Positions 1-14,100 of a DNA stretch of 64,000 nt are shown here, one piece after another. Source of the stretch: Trichoplax adhaerens (lineage: Eukaryota > Animalia > Placozoa). The stretch lies in the NCBI RefSeq assembly GCF_000150275.1, contig NW_002060957.1:918445-982444 (forward strand). Direction: 5' to 3'. The notes under the pieces were generated by a model, which made no database searches, was not told where the DNA came from, and worked only from the letters and a program-made list of their open reading frames with translations. Position 1 is the first letter of the stretch. Every line of letters starts with the position of its first letter. Both the position numbers and the translations under genes were made by a program.

Positions 1-1361
1 CTTGTTCACTGCTATCAAGGACACACCTAATTTGCAGAAAATTCGATGTTGTTTTTGCTAATGCAGTGATAGAAAATTACATTTTATGGGGTACAAATTG
101 TTAAATGGAATCTATATATTTCTAGCCTCATTATGTGCAAAGAATTAATTGAGTTAAATTCGCAGTGCACGCGTTGTTTATTAAAACTTATCAATTTCTT
201 TAAATAAAATACTGGTACTAGCAAGTATGTTAATTAACTATACAATCTGTACTGTGTCTACCTGTGATATATATGGCAAGATGAGTTAGCCTATGTACGC
301 GTAATATTGAGTACTATGGCATTGCATTCAGAAATGACGTCAACTAGATGCTATAGGGAATGATTTACATATTATTAGAGTTCATACGGTTAGCGCAACT
401 TTCTTTACATAATATTTAAGCCTAATATCACATACGTTATTTAGCGTAAAACTGAAGTAAAAAGGTAGTAAATGCATTCAGTCAGCAATAAACTACATTA
501 TACCTCTTCATATATTGTTTTCAATTTTACTTCTAATAAGAAGCTGACGATTAGAGTGATCCCATGGTCTTTACATGTCTTGCGATAGAAATCAATTTTC
601 GTAACTGGCATGAATACTTTGTTGTACAAATATATAGAATTGAAGCTATAACGCGGGTTATACAAAGATCGGTTTGTAACTACATGTTACTATAAACCAT
701 TTGATTAGAGCATCATATACTGTACTCTTACAGCTTGGATGCTCGATGACTTATTTCGATCGCTCAAGCTGAAGTGCTTCTAGACATCTTGATATACCGA
801 AGCACTAACATAAATATGTCATCAACTAGCAGTACGCTTACCAGACTGTACGTACTTACGTGTAGATATCCTTATAGCTTTCCCTCTTACCACACTATCA
901 GCACAATGTAAAACATGCTTTTCTATTTTGCACTTTCATCATACTACCGTTTAAAGCAATCCATAAATCAACTGCCACTTTTATGTAACTCATTACTGTA
1001 CCGCAGTCTACAGTAAACTAATTTATATAAAATTACAACAACTACTGCTGCTAGGTTTTAGATATATAATACTTGTAACTTCCCTACCTTCTGTCAACCC
1101 AACTTAAAATACGCTGCTTTATTTTGTAACTGTATCATGCTATCACTTAAATTATTCCTTCAATTCTATCTAAATTAATCTACCGATATCAGTCTAGTTT
1201 TAACGACCTCGCTATTAGCAATCCAAGTACCGCGTTTCTAGCCAGCGTAACACGGGTGTAACCTATCTATTTTCCATGTATAATTACTTCTTACCATCGG
1301 CAGGCAGAGAATGGCGGCTCATGCTTGAATTTTTTCTTAAATCAAAAGCAGGCCTCTTTAC

Positions 1362-1850
1362 ACCCTGATCTACCTACAAACTACATTAATATAAATATGC
1401 CTTTGATAGATAATGTGTCCACTAAATTAAAAATTGGCGTAGTTTCTGACTCAATGTAGCTAACCAATGTTTGTCTATGGCATCTTGATCTCCATACAAA
1501 CTACACTAATATAAACATGCCGCCAACGAACAATTATAATGCACTCGCAAGACAACAGATTTGCCTGATGACTAAGTCAATGTAGGTAACCGATGCTTGA
1601 ACTGCATACAATATTATGCAACCTATGCAGATAATACAAATACTGCATGAGCAATAAATCTACCTACTCCCTGATCTACATAGAAATTACCCCAGTATAA
1701 ACATGCCATCAACGAATAATTAATGCGCCTGCTAGATTGCCAAATCGCCTAATCATAACTCAATGTCGCTAACTGATACTTGAATTGTATACCATACTAT
1801 GGCAACTGGGCAGACTATACAAATGCAGTATGGGTAAGAAGAAAATCCGC
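1362..1850. repeat. Three degenerate direct repeats (~120-185 bp) upstream of DNAH7
   Basis: Shared blocks tgatct(a/c)catacaaactac, tataaacatgcc and tcaatgtagctaac recur starting near 1362, 1484 and 1669. Confidence 0.75.
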
Positions 1851-1878
1851 ATACTCATGTTACTGTTGCTATGACATT

Positions 1879-1893
1879 GTTGCCCCTAGCAAC
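1879..1893 (+). promoter_or_regulatory. RFX X-box
   Basis: GTTGCC-CCT-AGCAAC matches GTNRCC-N(0-3)-RGYAAC about 300 bp upstream of the inferred DNAH7 ATG. Partial sites GTTGCTATGAC (1865) and CTATGGCAAC (1797) lie nearby. Confidence 0.75.
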
Positions 1894-2189
1894 AAGATTA
1901 TCATCTAATCAAACGCATTATTGCAATTTATTAGGATATACAGTAGAAATCTTAAGTAATTTTTATAATACAGTCAAAAACTTGATCAAGGCAGAAGCCA
2001 ATTTGATGCTATAACTGTTGAAGAAATCAACTAATTGACTTGATCAAACTGAAAGAGAAAATTTCCCCCCAGTCTATGGATATTGGTTATTGCAAACTCC
2101 AATTGAAGCTGAATTGAGCTGTGGGAATTTAGTCCATCGCAATTGAATTAATATCAGTGAAAATCTGATATTAATCGACCATTATAATC

Positions 2190-5100
2190 ATGGAGAATCA
2201 GGTAATTAGGATAATTATATAGAGAGTTACATTTCGTTGATGAAGATAGAGATAGTAATAAAGGATAGGTGTAATAATAGGCATACTATCGGCATGGATA
2301 TCGTATTCGATTTTGTTTTTCACCAAGTAGGATAGATGAAATAGTATACTATTAAGATCGTGCTATCACTTGTTATTTCCTATCATAATTATCGAAACAG
2401 CAGCATTCATTGCTTACTATTATGGGGCGTACTAGAAGAAGTTGTTGTCAACGATAAATTAACAGTCCCCATACAATAACTTTGGATAGTTAAATAGCTA
2501 TTTTAACCTCGATGAGATAGCTAAAATTACATTTCTACGCATACTTATAAAATATACAACATAACCATAAACTTTATCAAAATTAATCCAACATGGCAGA
2601 TGGTAAAGTTGCACTTGAACGCTAAATCGAATAACTGAACAGTAAAAGAGTAGATTACAATTCTTGGATTATCTTAATTGTCCTTGACTATACTGATGTT
2701 ATGGCATTTTTTCTTATGTCACTATAGTTATTTCCGCAAGCGAAAACACATGGCAAAAAGACTGGCTCACCTCTTACTTATTTGCCATCACTTTCAGAAG
2801 TAAATAACATACTCGGATAGAATATCTATGCACTTGATCTAGTCCAATAATGATTCTGTCCTCTATAGCATTGATTCATCGTAGAAAGTAGATTACCGTC
2901 GTATTGACATCTAACTATCAATGCGAATTAGTGCTATCGGATATGAAACAATCACAAGTGTATTAGTATGTTACTATAGAGATCGATGACGAATAGTGAA
3001 AAAATAAATCTAGTTTTTTATGTTAGAGAAGAAGGATTTACTGTCCTTTCTATTCTCCTATATGGAGACTTTTTTTCTATGAAGATCAATGGACGGCTAC
3101 GGTATCGGTTAGAATGAAAAGAATTCATATGAGATTAAATCATATTTTATTACATTTTACATCATGTAGAAACGAGTTAAACCATCGTGGAAGAATTTTT
3201 CGCCATCGTTCACATTGGATGTAGATGGCACTCAGAATGGTCCTGAACCTGAATTAAATGGAAGATTAAAAGCGAAATACACAACAGGTAAAAAGAAAAT
3301 TGGGGGCACTTTTTAGAACAGCGGAAAGGCATTTCGTGGCAATGCTATCTATATATTATTTGGATAAACGAAGACGATAATATAACTATTTTGATCATCT
3401 CTTTCCATTTTACTTTAGGCAATCCTGTCATTAAAAAAGATCGCCATAGTAAATCAAAGTCATGGGATCCAACTAAAAGTAAGAATGAGGGTAAACAGGC
3501 AGCAGCAAATGGCCACACTACCGCTCCATCCAGGAAGTTTATTCAACCTAAAAGAGATCGTGAAAATTTTCGTAGCGCCATCGTAAATATTATCATGTAA
3601 GATGATCATTTAAAAATGAAGAGAAAAAGCTCTAGGAATAGCACCGACAACAGATGGATAACGCCATTTTTTTTCTATTTCCTTAGGCGAGAAGAATCCC
3701 CTCCTTCAACACCTTCACTTCTCGATGGCGAATTACCGCCCATTACTCGCTCCGGTTCGCCTAATTCAGCAGAGAAAGATATTCTGGTACGTAGTTCTCC
3801 ATCACTTCATGCAATTGAATTCCATATCAATTAAATTTTTATCGTCTTACCAATTCCTCCACTTTTTTTTCTTCTTTCTTTCCTCCACTTCCATCCTGAA
3901 ATTAATTCATTATCACCATTTTACAGCGCTATTATTACTATATACACAATGGTATTGACACAGAGCATGTAGCACCTATGGAAGATCAATGGCTTAACAA
4001 TGTTCTGTCATTAATTTCTGAACGTCTGAAGGTTAATAGCAACAAATTTGACGATTCATAATATTCATAGAACAACGTAGTTAAACATGCTTGGAAAAGA
4101 GTGATTATTCTTTTGATTTCACCGGTTATCCTTGAAAGAAATATACTCATTTTCTGTTCCTTCTTAGCTTGATCGTGATAAAAGTATCGAATTACTATCG
4201 GACGAAATGAGAGAAGATTACTTATTAAGCGTTAAAAAAGCAATCGGTTAGTAGTTTGAGCAAGTTACTACGAGTAAAAGCAGTCTATAGGGATAGATCT
4301 AAACCTGTCGATGGTATTTCTTTTTCAGTTGATTTTGTTCTCAAAGATCCAAGAGAGAATACGGATGCAGAAAAAGAAGAAGTACTGCCCTATAAAGCAG
4401 AGTAAGTTCCTAATGATCCAGTTTGTATAGTTTTTTTTTCTCTCTCTCTCTTTCTCTTGAATTAGAAGTTATCCATGCTTACTCAGTCAATATTTTGTAC
4501 CAAAAAATAGGTTAGAAAAAGTACCAAAACCATGGGCAAAATCTTATATCGTCGGTAGGACCGTGATCCTACAAGAGCTCCATATTACAAATCCTACCAT
4601 GGCAGCAGTCTTGGACTTGTGGTATAAAAACTACGGGTTAGTGATCGAGAATAATTCGCCCAATCTATTCCACAGTTTCCTATGCTATTGCTTTGATGCT
4701 TACAAAACGAAAATCTCAAAATGGCAACTTTTTATCGCCTAGTATTGATCATTCTTTACCTTATCCATCATATAACAACATCTCTTATGGACTGTGCCTT
4801 GCATAGCGATACTTTTAAAACTTAACTTGAGAAAATCATTTATGATTCCGATCGCATTGATGATAATATTTTAAATATCCATTTATTCCTGATGATTAGA
4901 GATTTACGCCTGATCTCAGTTGAAGAAATACGCCAGCTGCCCGATTCAATGGAATTACCTTTCTTTCAAAATTTAATTATGCAACACATAGAAAGTACCA
5001 AGGATACTCTAACGAAGAGGTAAAGGAAAATTTTACTTATAGATCTTGAAATCGATAGCCTTCAAAGGATGGCGGTTTTATCATTTGTATGCGTACCAGT

Positions 5101-8100
5101 GTAATTTCTTTTTCAATCCAATGTCTAATTAACATCTTTATTCTGACCCTTTCAAGATGGTTTCCAGCTATACAAAATATATTTTATCAAGGCAATAAGC
5201 GAAAGCAGGTGCCATCCAACCAAAGCCCTCGACGATTAGATTCTTTCTTCAATGCCGCCGCTACACTCATGGGCAATCACTTACAAAATTTAGCTTTAAA
5301 TTCGCTATCGGATTATATGGAAATGTTTTCGCCGAATGAAATGTCTGTTCTTGCTTATCCTAATCCTGGTTTTGTAATCCGATTGATTGTGGAAGGAACA
5401 CGTTTAAAATTTGAGCCTGATTTCGAAGACTTCGAGGCTATTTTACTCAATGTTTGTGATATCATCATTAAAGCCGTCTCAGTCATTCCAAGAGTAGAGA
5501 CAAAATTATATCAAGACATATCAGGGATTGGTAAAACTCATCTAAAACCAATCATCTTGGAGGAGATTTTAGTGGCTACCAAAGATAGAATCAAAGAAAT
5601 TATTTGGCATGAATCACTTGGGCCTAAACAATTTGCTAAAAACTTTAATAAATACGAGTTTTTAACCTTGAAACAGGTTCATAACATAATTTTAAAGACA
5701 TAGTTTGAGTTAGAATCGGATCTAAGTAGGCTAAGATTTTCATAAAATAGGTTAGTAAACATTTTGAACGCTTTCTTTAGGCTGATGATGATGTGGAGAA
5801 ATTCTTAAACGAAGACCATAGTTTCAAGGAATACATGAAGGTATTTCAATAACTCATGGATTAGCTCTCTGAATTGCTGAGCTTATCCATTAAATTGAGG
5901 GGTATTTTGGGATATTTTAGGAAGTAGAGAAATATAGAAATGTCATGGAAGATATTATTTATAAGATGCGGAGAGTAATTCGCCTAGGAATGTTTGAATT
6001 ACATTGTGATGAAGCAATTCGTTCCCTCTCGAAGAGAGCAGAAAGTCTTAGCACAAGACTACTACGAACAATGTCCGACAAGCATCAGGAATTGAATAAG
6101 AAGTAAGTCAGGAAATGCATGGACTGAAATTAGTTTATAACGAGTTGAGCCCAAAAGAATAACGATAATGTTTTTGAAATTATAGACTCTGTGCTGAGTA
6201 CGAAAAAATAGCTGAAAAAGCGCTCATGTCGCCAACAAACACTCAACACTTGATGGAATTAAAGGTTAGAATATGCAATCCAGTAACCCTTATGGAATCA
6301 ATTATTTGAAAAGTATCCATTTCCTTCTTGGTGTAACTAAGTTGTCAATATCTTTTCGTCTTCGTAAACGATTGTTTCTCGTAGGAATATATTGAAAAAG
6401 TGGAACTGGATACTGTATTTGATCTAGAAGACGATTTAGTCGATGCTAAAGACAGGCTGTCCTATTTGGTAAGTCATAAAAAGTATTACTGGATTTATTT
6501 CTCTATAGATTAATGGCTAAATTTGATGGTTAATGAATCCATCTTCTCATTATCGTAGGCCGACTATGTCTCCTTCTCACCAGCAGAGATGAGACAAAAT
6601 AGCAACACCTTCCAATGGCATGATCGAATGTCGCAAATCTTCAGCGAGCATAAATCTATCATTAAATCTAGCAGAGTCCAATTTGAAAATAGCTTAAAAG
6701 TAAGTTTAGGTGCTTGCTATTACTGTATCTACTTTAAAGCTAATGTATCCTTTCTTCACTCTTTCTTTAAATAGCTGAGACGAGAAAGATTTATCGAAGA
6801 ATTGGAAGGATATAATAAACAATTGGAAGAATTTAAGGTAATGATGACAAAAATTGTTGATTCTCGTTTGGGATTATTCCTTTTAATTGGATATTATTTT
6901 CAATTAATCTGTTGAAATACGCTTTCATTAAATAACGTTGTCTCCATACTTTTACCTAAATTCATCGCTCTCTTTAGTCATTTGGCGATATCCAAGATAT
7001 CCATCGATACCTGAAGAAAGCACAAGCACTAAATACTCGACTAGAAGCAGCTGCTGATAAAATTGATGCCTTCAATAAAGAAGAGGAAGCATTCGAGTGG
7101 CAATGTACTCAATATCCACTACGAAATCAAATTCTCAATACGCTCAATCCCTACTTACGATTATATGAGCAAACAGTTAACTTCCAAAATAAATATAAAT
7201 CATGGTGGGATGGTCCTATTCATGAAGTGGATCCTGATAATGTCGAACAAGAGGTTGGTGCTTTCTATCGTGGACTGTATAAATTGGAGAAAACATTTGC
7301 AGATTTACCAGCTCCCAAGAAAATCGCTACCAAAATTAGAAGCAAAGTGGAAGACTTTAAACAACATTTACCACTTATTTCTGTCTTGTGCAATCCTGGA
7401 CTTCGTGATCGCCATTGGGATGATATGGCTGCTCATACTGGATATCCCATTAAACCGGATAACGAAGCCACTCTTTCAAAGATGGTTAGCTTAAATTTAG
7501 ATTCCTATCTGCCGCAATTTGAAGGAATCAGCGAAGCAGCCAGTAAAGAATATGCTCTAGAAAAAGCTCTAGCCAAGATGAACGTTGAATGGGAAGATGT
7601 TTTATTTAAAATTATCCCCTATCGTGAAACTGGTACTTATATCCTCACATCGATCGATGATATCCAAACTTTATTAGACGACCACATCGTTAAAACCCAA
7701 ACTATGCGTGGATCACCGTTTATCAAGCCTTTCGAGGAATCCATTCATAAGTGGGAAAGTACATTGATCCTTCTACAAGATGTTCTCGATGAATGGTTGA
7801 AAGTCCAAGCTACTTGGCTCTATCTTGAGCCCATCTTTAGCTCGCCAGATATTATGGCGCAAATGCCGGAAGAAGGAAGACGATTTAGTACCGTGGATAA
7901 ACATTGGCGAGATATTATGAAAGCGGTCTTTGCTGATCCACATGTCTTAGCCGTAGCTGAAATTGATAAACTAGCAGAAAGATTGAAAAAATCCAACGAA
8001 TTACTAGAATTAATCCAGAAAGGACTGAATGAATATCTTGAAAAGAAACGATTATATTTTCCCCGTTTTTTCTTCTTATCCAATGATGAATTATTGGAAA

Positions 8101-11100
8101 TTTTATCGGAAACGAAAGATCCTACACGTGTTCAACCTCATCTTAAGAAATGTTTTGAAGGAATTGCTCGTTTAACTTTTACTGAAACTCTGGAAATTAC
8201 CCATATGCAAAGCAGTGAAAAAGAAATTGTACCGCTAACAGATGCTATCTCCACTTCTAAAGCGCGAGGACAAGTGGAGAAATGGCTGTTAGAATTAGAA
8301 GGCATCATGATTAAAAGTATTCGCAAAGTTATCGCCGATGCCCGCGATGCCTACGTTAATTCAGCTAGGAATCAATGGGTAACCGATTGGGTTGGACAAT
8401 CTGTCTTGTGTGTTTCACAATTATATTGGACCAGCCAAGTCCATGAAGCCATTCGAGAAGGCCATGATAAAATGAAAGACTATCTACAAAAATGTAATAA
8501 TCAACTGAGTGATATTGTCGAATTAGTGCGTGGTAAATTATCCGCTCAAAATCGCGTTACATTAGGCGCTTTGGTAGTGCTAGAAGTCCATTCTCGCGAT
8601 GTCTTGAGTAAATTAATTGATGATAAAGTAAGCAGTGAAACTGATTTTCAATGGCTTAGCCAATTGCGCTATTATTGGGAAAGCGAAAGTTTAATTACCA
8701 GGATGATTAATTCCACTTTAGCCTATGGCTATGAATATTTGGGCAATACAGGCCGCTTAGTAATAACGCCCTTGACGGATCGATGCTATCGAACCTTATT
8801 TGGAGCTCTTCATTTGCATTTAGGTGGTGCACCAGAAGGTCCTGCAGGCACAGGTAAAACTGAAACAGTCAAGGATCTTGCCAAAGCGGTTGCTAAGCAA
8901 TGTGTGGTATTTAACTGTTCAGATGGCTTAGATTACATTGCTTTAGGTAAATTCTTCAAAGGTTTAGCATCTTGTGGTGCTTGGTCTTGCTTTGATGAAT
9001 TTAACCGTATCGATTTAGAAGTATTATCCGTTGTCGCTCAGCAAATTTTAACTATCCAACGAGGCATAAATCAAGGCCTGGATACTTTATTATTTGAAGG
9101 CACTGAAATTAAATTAGATCCTACTTGTTCTGTATTCATTACTATGAATCCTGGCTATGCTGGTCGATCTGAATTACCGGATAACTTAAAAGCGTTATTC
9201 CGTACAGTAGCCATGATGGTACCCGATTATGCTATGATTGCTGAAATAGTTTTATATTCCTTTGGTTTCGTCACAGCTCGACCTCTTTCGGTCAAGATTG
9301 TAGCAACCTATCGCTTATGTTCCGAACAATTATCATCCCAACATCATTATGATTACGGTATGCGAGCTGTTAAATCGGTTTTAACTGCTGCTGGCAACTT
9401 AAAACTTAAATATCCCGACGAAAATGAAGATATTCTCATGCTACGTTCCATCCAAGATGTCAACTTGCCCAAATTTCTATCGCATGATCTGCCATTATTC
9501 GAGGGCATTGTATCTGATTTATTTCCTGGTGTTAAACTACCTAAGCCAGACTATGCTCTTTTATCCGCTGCAATCGAAGATAATTGTAAACGAATGAATT
9601 TACAATTAACCGATACCTATTTAACCAAGATTTTGCAATTATACGAAATGATTACCGTTCGCCATGGGTTGATGATTGTTGGTGAACCTTTTGGAGGCAA
9701 GACCTCAGCTTATCGGGTATTAGCAGCTGCACTCTCCGATATTGCTGATCGTGGATCACTCAACGAAAATAAAGTACAAATCACCGTCATTAATCCTAAA
9801 TCCATTACCATGGGCCAACTATATGGATGCTTCGATCCCGTATCCCATGAATGGTCAGATGGTGTTTTAGCAGTTAGCTATCGCGCATTTGCTACTTCAA
9901 CCACTCAAGATCGTAAATGGTTAGTCTTCGATGGTCCTGTCGATGCTATTTGGATTGAAAATATGAATACTGTATTAGATGATAATAAAAAATTATGCTT
10001 AATGTCTGGTGAAATTATTCAGCTAGCACCAACAACCAACTTGATATTTGAGCCAATGGATTTGGAAGTAGCCTCTCCAGCTACTGTAAGTCGCTGTGGC
10101 ATGATTTATATGGAGCCACAAATGCTCGGTTGGCGACCTCTAATGTTATCATGGCTGAATAATTTACCTAAGACCATGAATAGTGATCATAAATTGTTAA
10201 TGACAAGTTTATTTGATCGCTTAGTACCACCTGCATTGCAATTTATCCGTAAAGGCGGATTTAAAGAAATTTCAGCAACTTCCGATACTAATTTAGTCAA
10301 CTCATTAATGAACTTGATGGATAGTTTAATGGATGAATTCCGCGATGAAGTTAAATTTACAACGCTGTCTGAATACGAAATCAACTCATGGATCGAGTGT
10401 ATCTTTTTATTTTCTTTTGTATGGTCCATTGGAGCAACTATTACCGAAGATGGCCGAGTTGTATTTGATACTTTACTACGTGATCTTATGCAAGAAGGTT
10501 TATACGATGACAAAGGCAAAAAATATGGTATTAGCATCACCGTTGAGCCACCTATTCGACCATTTATATGCCCTTTCCCAGATGAAGGACTTGTTTATGA
10601 TTATCGATTTATTAAAGAAGGGCCTGGACGATGGGAAGCTTGGACCGATACAATCAATCAATCAGCTGCTATTCCAAAAGATATTACATTTAATCAAATT
10701 ATCGTGCCCACCATTGATACTGTCCGCTATAGTTATTTAATGGAAACATTATTAACCCATGATAAGCCGACGTTGGTTGTTGGCCCGACAGGTACTGGAA
10801 AATCGACCTATATCCAAGATTTCTTATTAAATCGCCTACCAAAGGATACTTATCGACCTGTATTTATCAACTTTTCCGGACAAACTACAGCTAATCAAAC
10901 TCAAGATATTATCATGTCTAAGTTGGATAAAAGACGTAAAGGTATCTATGGTCCACCATTAGGGAGGAGGACCATCGTCTTTGTCGACGATGTTAATATG
11001 CCGGCTCGCGAAATCTATGGAGCGCAACCACCAGTTGAATTATTACGCCAATTCCTCGATCATAAAATGTGGTATGATCGCAAAGATAATACACAGCAAA

Positions 11101-14100
11101 AATTGATTGATATCCAATTAATTTGTGCTATGGGACCACCCGGAGGTGGCCGTAATCCAGTTACTCCGCGATTTTTACGCCATTTCAATCAAATCACCAT
11201 CAACGAATTCCAAGATGAAACTATGGATCTGATCTTTACCACTATCATCAATTGGCATCTTCAAACGCAAAACTTTAGCGAAGAAGTAACCGGATTTGGT
11301 AGTAAAATCATCTCAGCTACCAAAGCAATCTATCATAGTGCTATGAAAAATCTACTACCTACGCCTGCTAAATCGCATTACTTATTTAATTTGAGAGATT
11401 TCGCAAGAGTGATTCAAGGTGTTGCTTTATCGTCACCTGAAGTTATCACAACAACGGATGAGCTGAAAAGGTTATGGACTCATGAAGTCTATCGTGTCTA
11501 TTATGATCGATTAATTGATGAAAAGGATAAAAATTGGCTATTTGAAACGATTAAGGGTGTCCATAAAGATCAATTAGGCTCTGATTTCTACGACTTATTC
11601 CACCAATACGATTTAAATCAAGATGGTAACATTTATGAAGACGATCTCAATAGTTTAATCTATTGCGATTTTATGGATCCCAAATCTGATTTTAAGCATT
11701 ATATAGAAGTCGATAATTTAGATAAATTACGATCAGTTGTCGAAACTTATCTGGATGAATACAACAATATGAGCAAAAAACCAATGAATCTGGTACTCTT
11801 TAGATTTGCAATTGAGCATGTATCTAGAATTGCAAGAGTTCTCAAGCAACCTCGAGGGCATGCTTTATTAGTTGGAGTAGGAGGTAGTGGACGCCAAAGT
11901 TTAACACGTCTTGCAGCACATATCTGCGATTATGAATTATTCCAGGTCGAAATGACCAAAAGCTATTCAACTCTAGAATGGAAAGAAGATCTTAAAAGGG
12001 TTCTACGAAAAGCTGCTGAAGGGGATGTACCATGTGTATTCCTCTTTGCTGATACACAAATAAAGCAAGAATCGTTCTTAGAAGATGTCAGCAACATCTT
12101 AAATACAGGTGAAGTTCCTAACTTATTCCCAGCCGATGAAAAACAAGAAATTTGCGAAAAAATGAGACAAATTGATAGAATGAGAGAGAAATCGAGACAA
12201 ACTGATGGTTCTCCGTTAGCTCTGTTTAGCCTCTTTGTAGAACGCGTCAGAAATAGCTTACATATCGTGCTAGCTATGAGCCCAATTGGTGAAGCATTCC
12301 GTAATTATCTTAGGAAATTTCCATCTCTTGTTAATTGCTGTACTATCGATTGGTTTCATTCTTGGCCAGAAGATGCTTTACATATTGTTGCTCAACGCTT
12401 CTTGGAAGACACTGATCTCAGCGAAAATATTCTTAAAGGTTGCGTTAACATGTGTAAATTATTCCACAAATCAACTAGTGACTTATCAGCGGCATATCTA
12501 GCAGAATTAGGTCGTTATAACTATGTTACACCAACATCTTACCTTGAGCTGATCAGCACTTTTAAGGCATTGTTGAATAAGAAACGAAGTGAAGTCATGA
12601 AAGCCAAACGCCGCTACGAAATAGGTCTTGAGCAACTTGTTTCCGCAGCAGATCAAGTATCAGCCATGCAATTAGAATTGGAAAATCTACAACCTCAACT
12701 TAAGCAAGCATCCAAAGAGGTTGACGATATCATGGTCGTTATTGAGGCAGAGTCCATTGAGGTTTCTAAAACTGAGAAAATTGTTAAAGGAGATGAAGCA
12801 ATAGCGAACGAGCAAGCTAAAGCAGCTAAGGCTATCAAAGATGAATGTGATGCAGATTTAGCTGAAGCTATGCCAGTACTAGAAGCTGCATTATCTGCAC
12901 TAAACACATTAACACAACAAGATATCACCTTCATTAAAACCATGTTAAATCCTCCACAGGGAATCAAGTTAGTCATGGAGGCAATTTGTATTTTAAAAGG
13001 AGTCAAACCAGCTCTATCTGTCGATAATGCCACCGGCAAACGCACTGAAGATTATTGGGCTCCAGCTAAGCGATACCTACTAGGAGATTCAAATCTACTA
13101 CGTTCATTACAAAATTATGACAAGGATAATATTCCATCCAATGTTATAAGAAGAATTAATGAACGATATATCGCCAATCCAGACTTTGATCCTGAAAAAA
13201 TTAAAGCCGCATCTATTGCTGCAGAAGGTCTATGCAAGTGGGTTATTGCAATTAGCCGCTACGATAAAGTGGCACGATTGGTAGCTCCTAAGAAAGCAGC
13301 ATTAGCTGAAGCTGAAAAAGAGCTAGCGAAAGCTATGGATGCATTAGAAATAAAGAGAGCTAATCTTAGAGAAGTCCAAGATCGATTAGCTAGTCTGAGA
13401 GAAAGATTTGAAGCAAACACTCGCAAAAAGGAAGATTTAGAAAATCAAGTTGAACAATGCTCGAAAAAATTAGATAGAGCGAGGCAATTATTAGGTGGTC
13501 TTGGAGGTGAAAAAGATCGCTGGAGTGAAACAGCGCTGAAACTTGGTGAAACTTACTCTAACTTAACTGGTGATACTTTAATATCATCCGGTGTTGTATC
13601 TTACTTAGGAGGATTTACATCTGCTTATCGCCAAAATCAAATCAATAAATGGGTTGATTTATGTAAACAAGAAAATATTCCTTGTTCACCAGAGTATTCT
13701 TTAACAACAACATTAGGTGATAGTGTTAAAATTCGTCGATGGAATATTGCAGGATTGCCTACCGATTCATTTTCCGTTGAAAATGCTATCATTATCACCA
13801 ATTCTCGCCGATGGCCTTTAATGATCGATCCACAAGGTCAAGCTAATAAATGGGTTAAAAATATGGAAAAAATCAACAATTTACACACCATTAAATTATC
13901 CGATAATGATTATATCAGAACGTTGGAGAATTGTATACAGTTTGGAACACCGGTGCTTCTCGAAAATGTTGGCGAGGAACTTGATCCCATTTTAGAACCA
14001 TTATTGTTAAAGCAAACTTTCAAGCAGGGTGGTAGTATTTGCATTCGATTAGGCGATAGCACTATCGAATATGCCAAGGATTTCAGATTCTACGTCACAA

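Noticed and set aside
1-1350. Possible gene at the window start (43-codon ORF at ~564; minus-strand donor at ~859)
   Set aside because: No recognisable protein or consistent exon chain.
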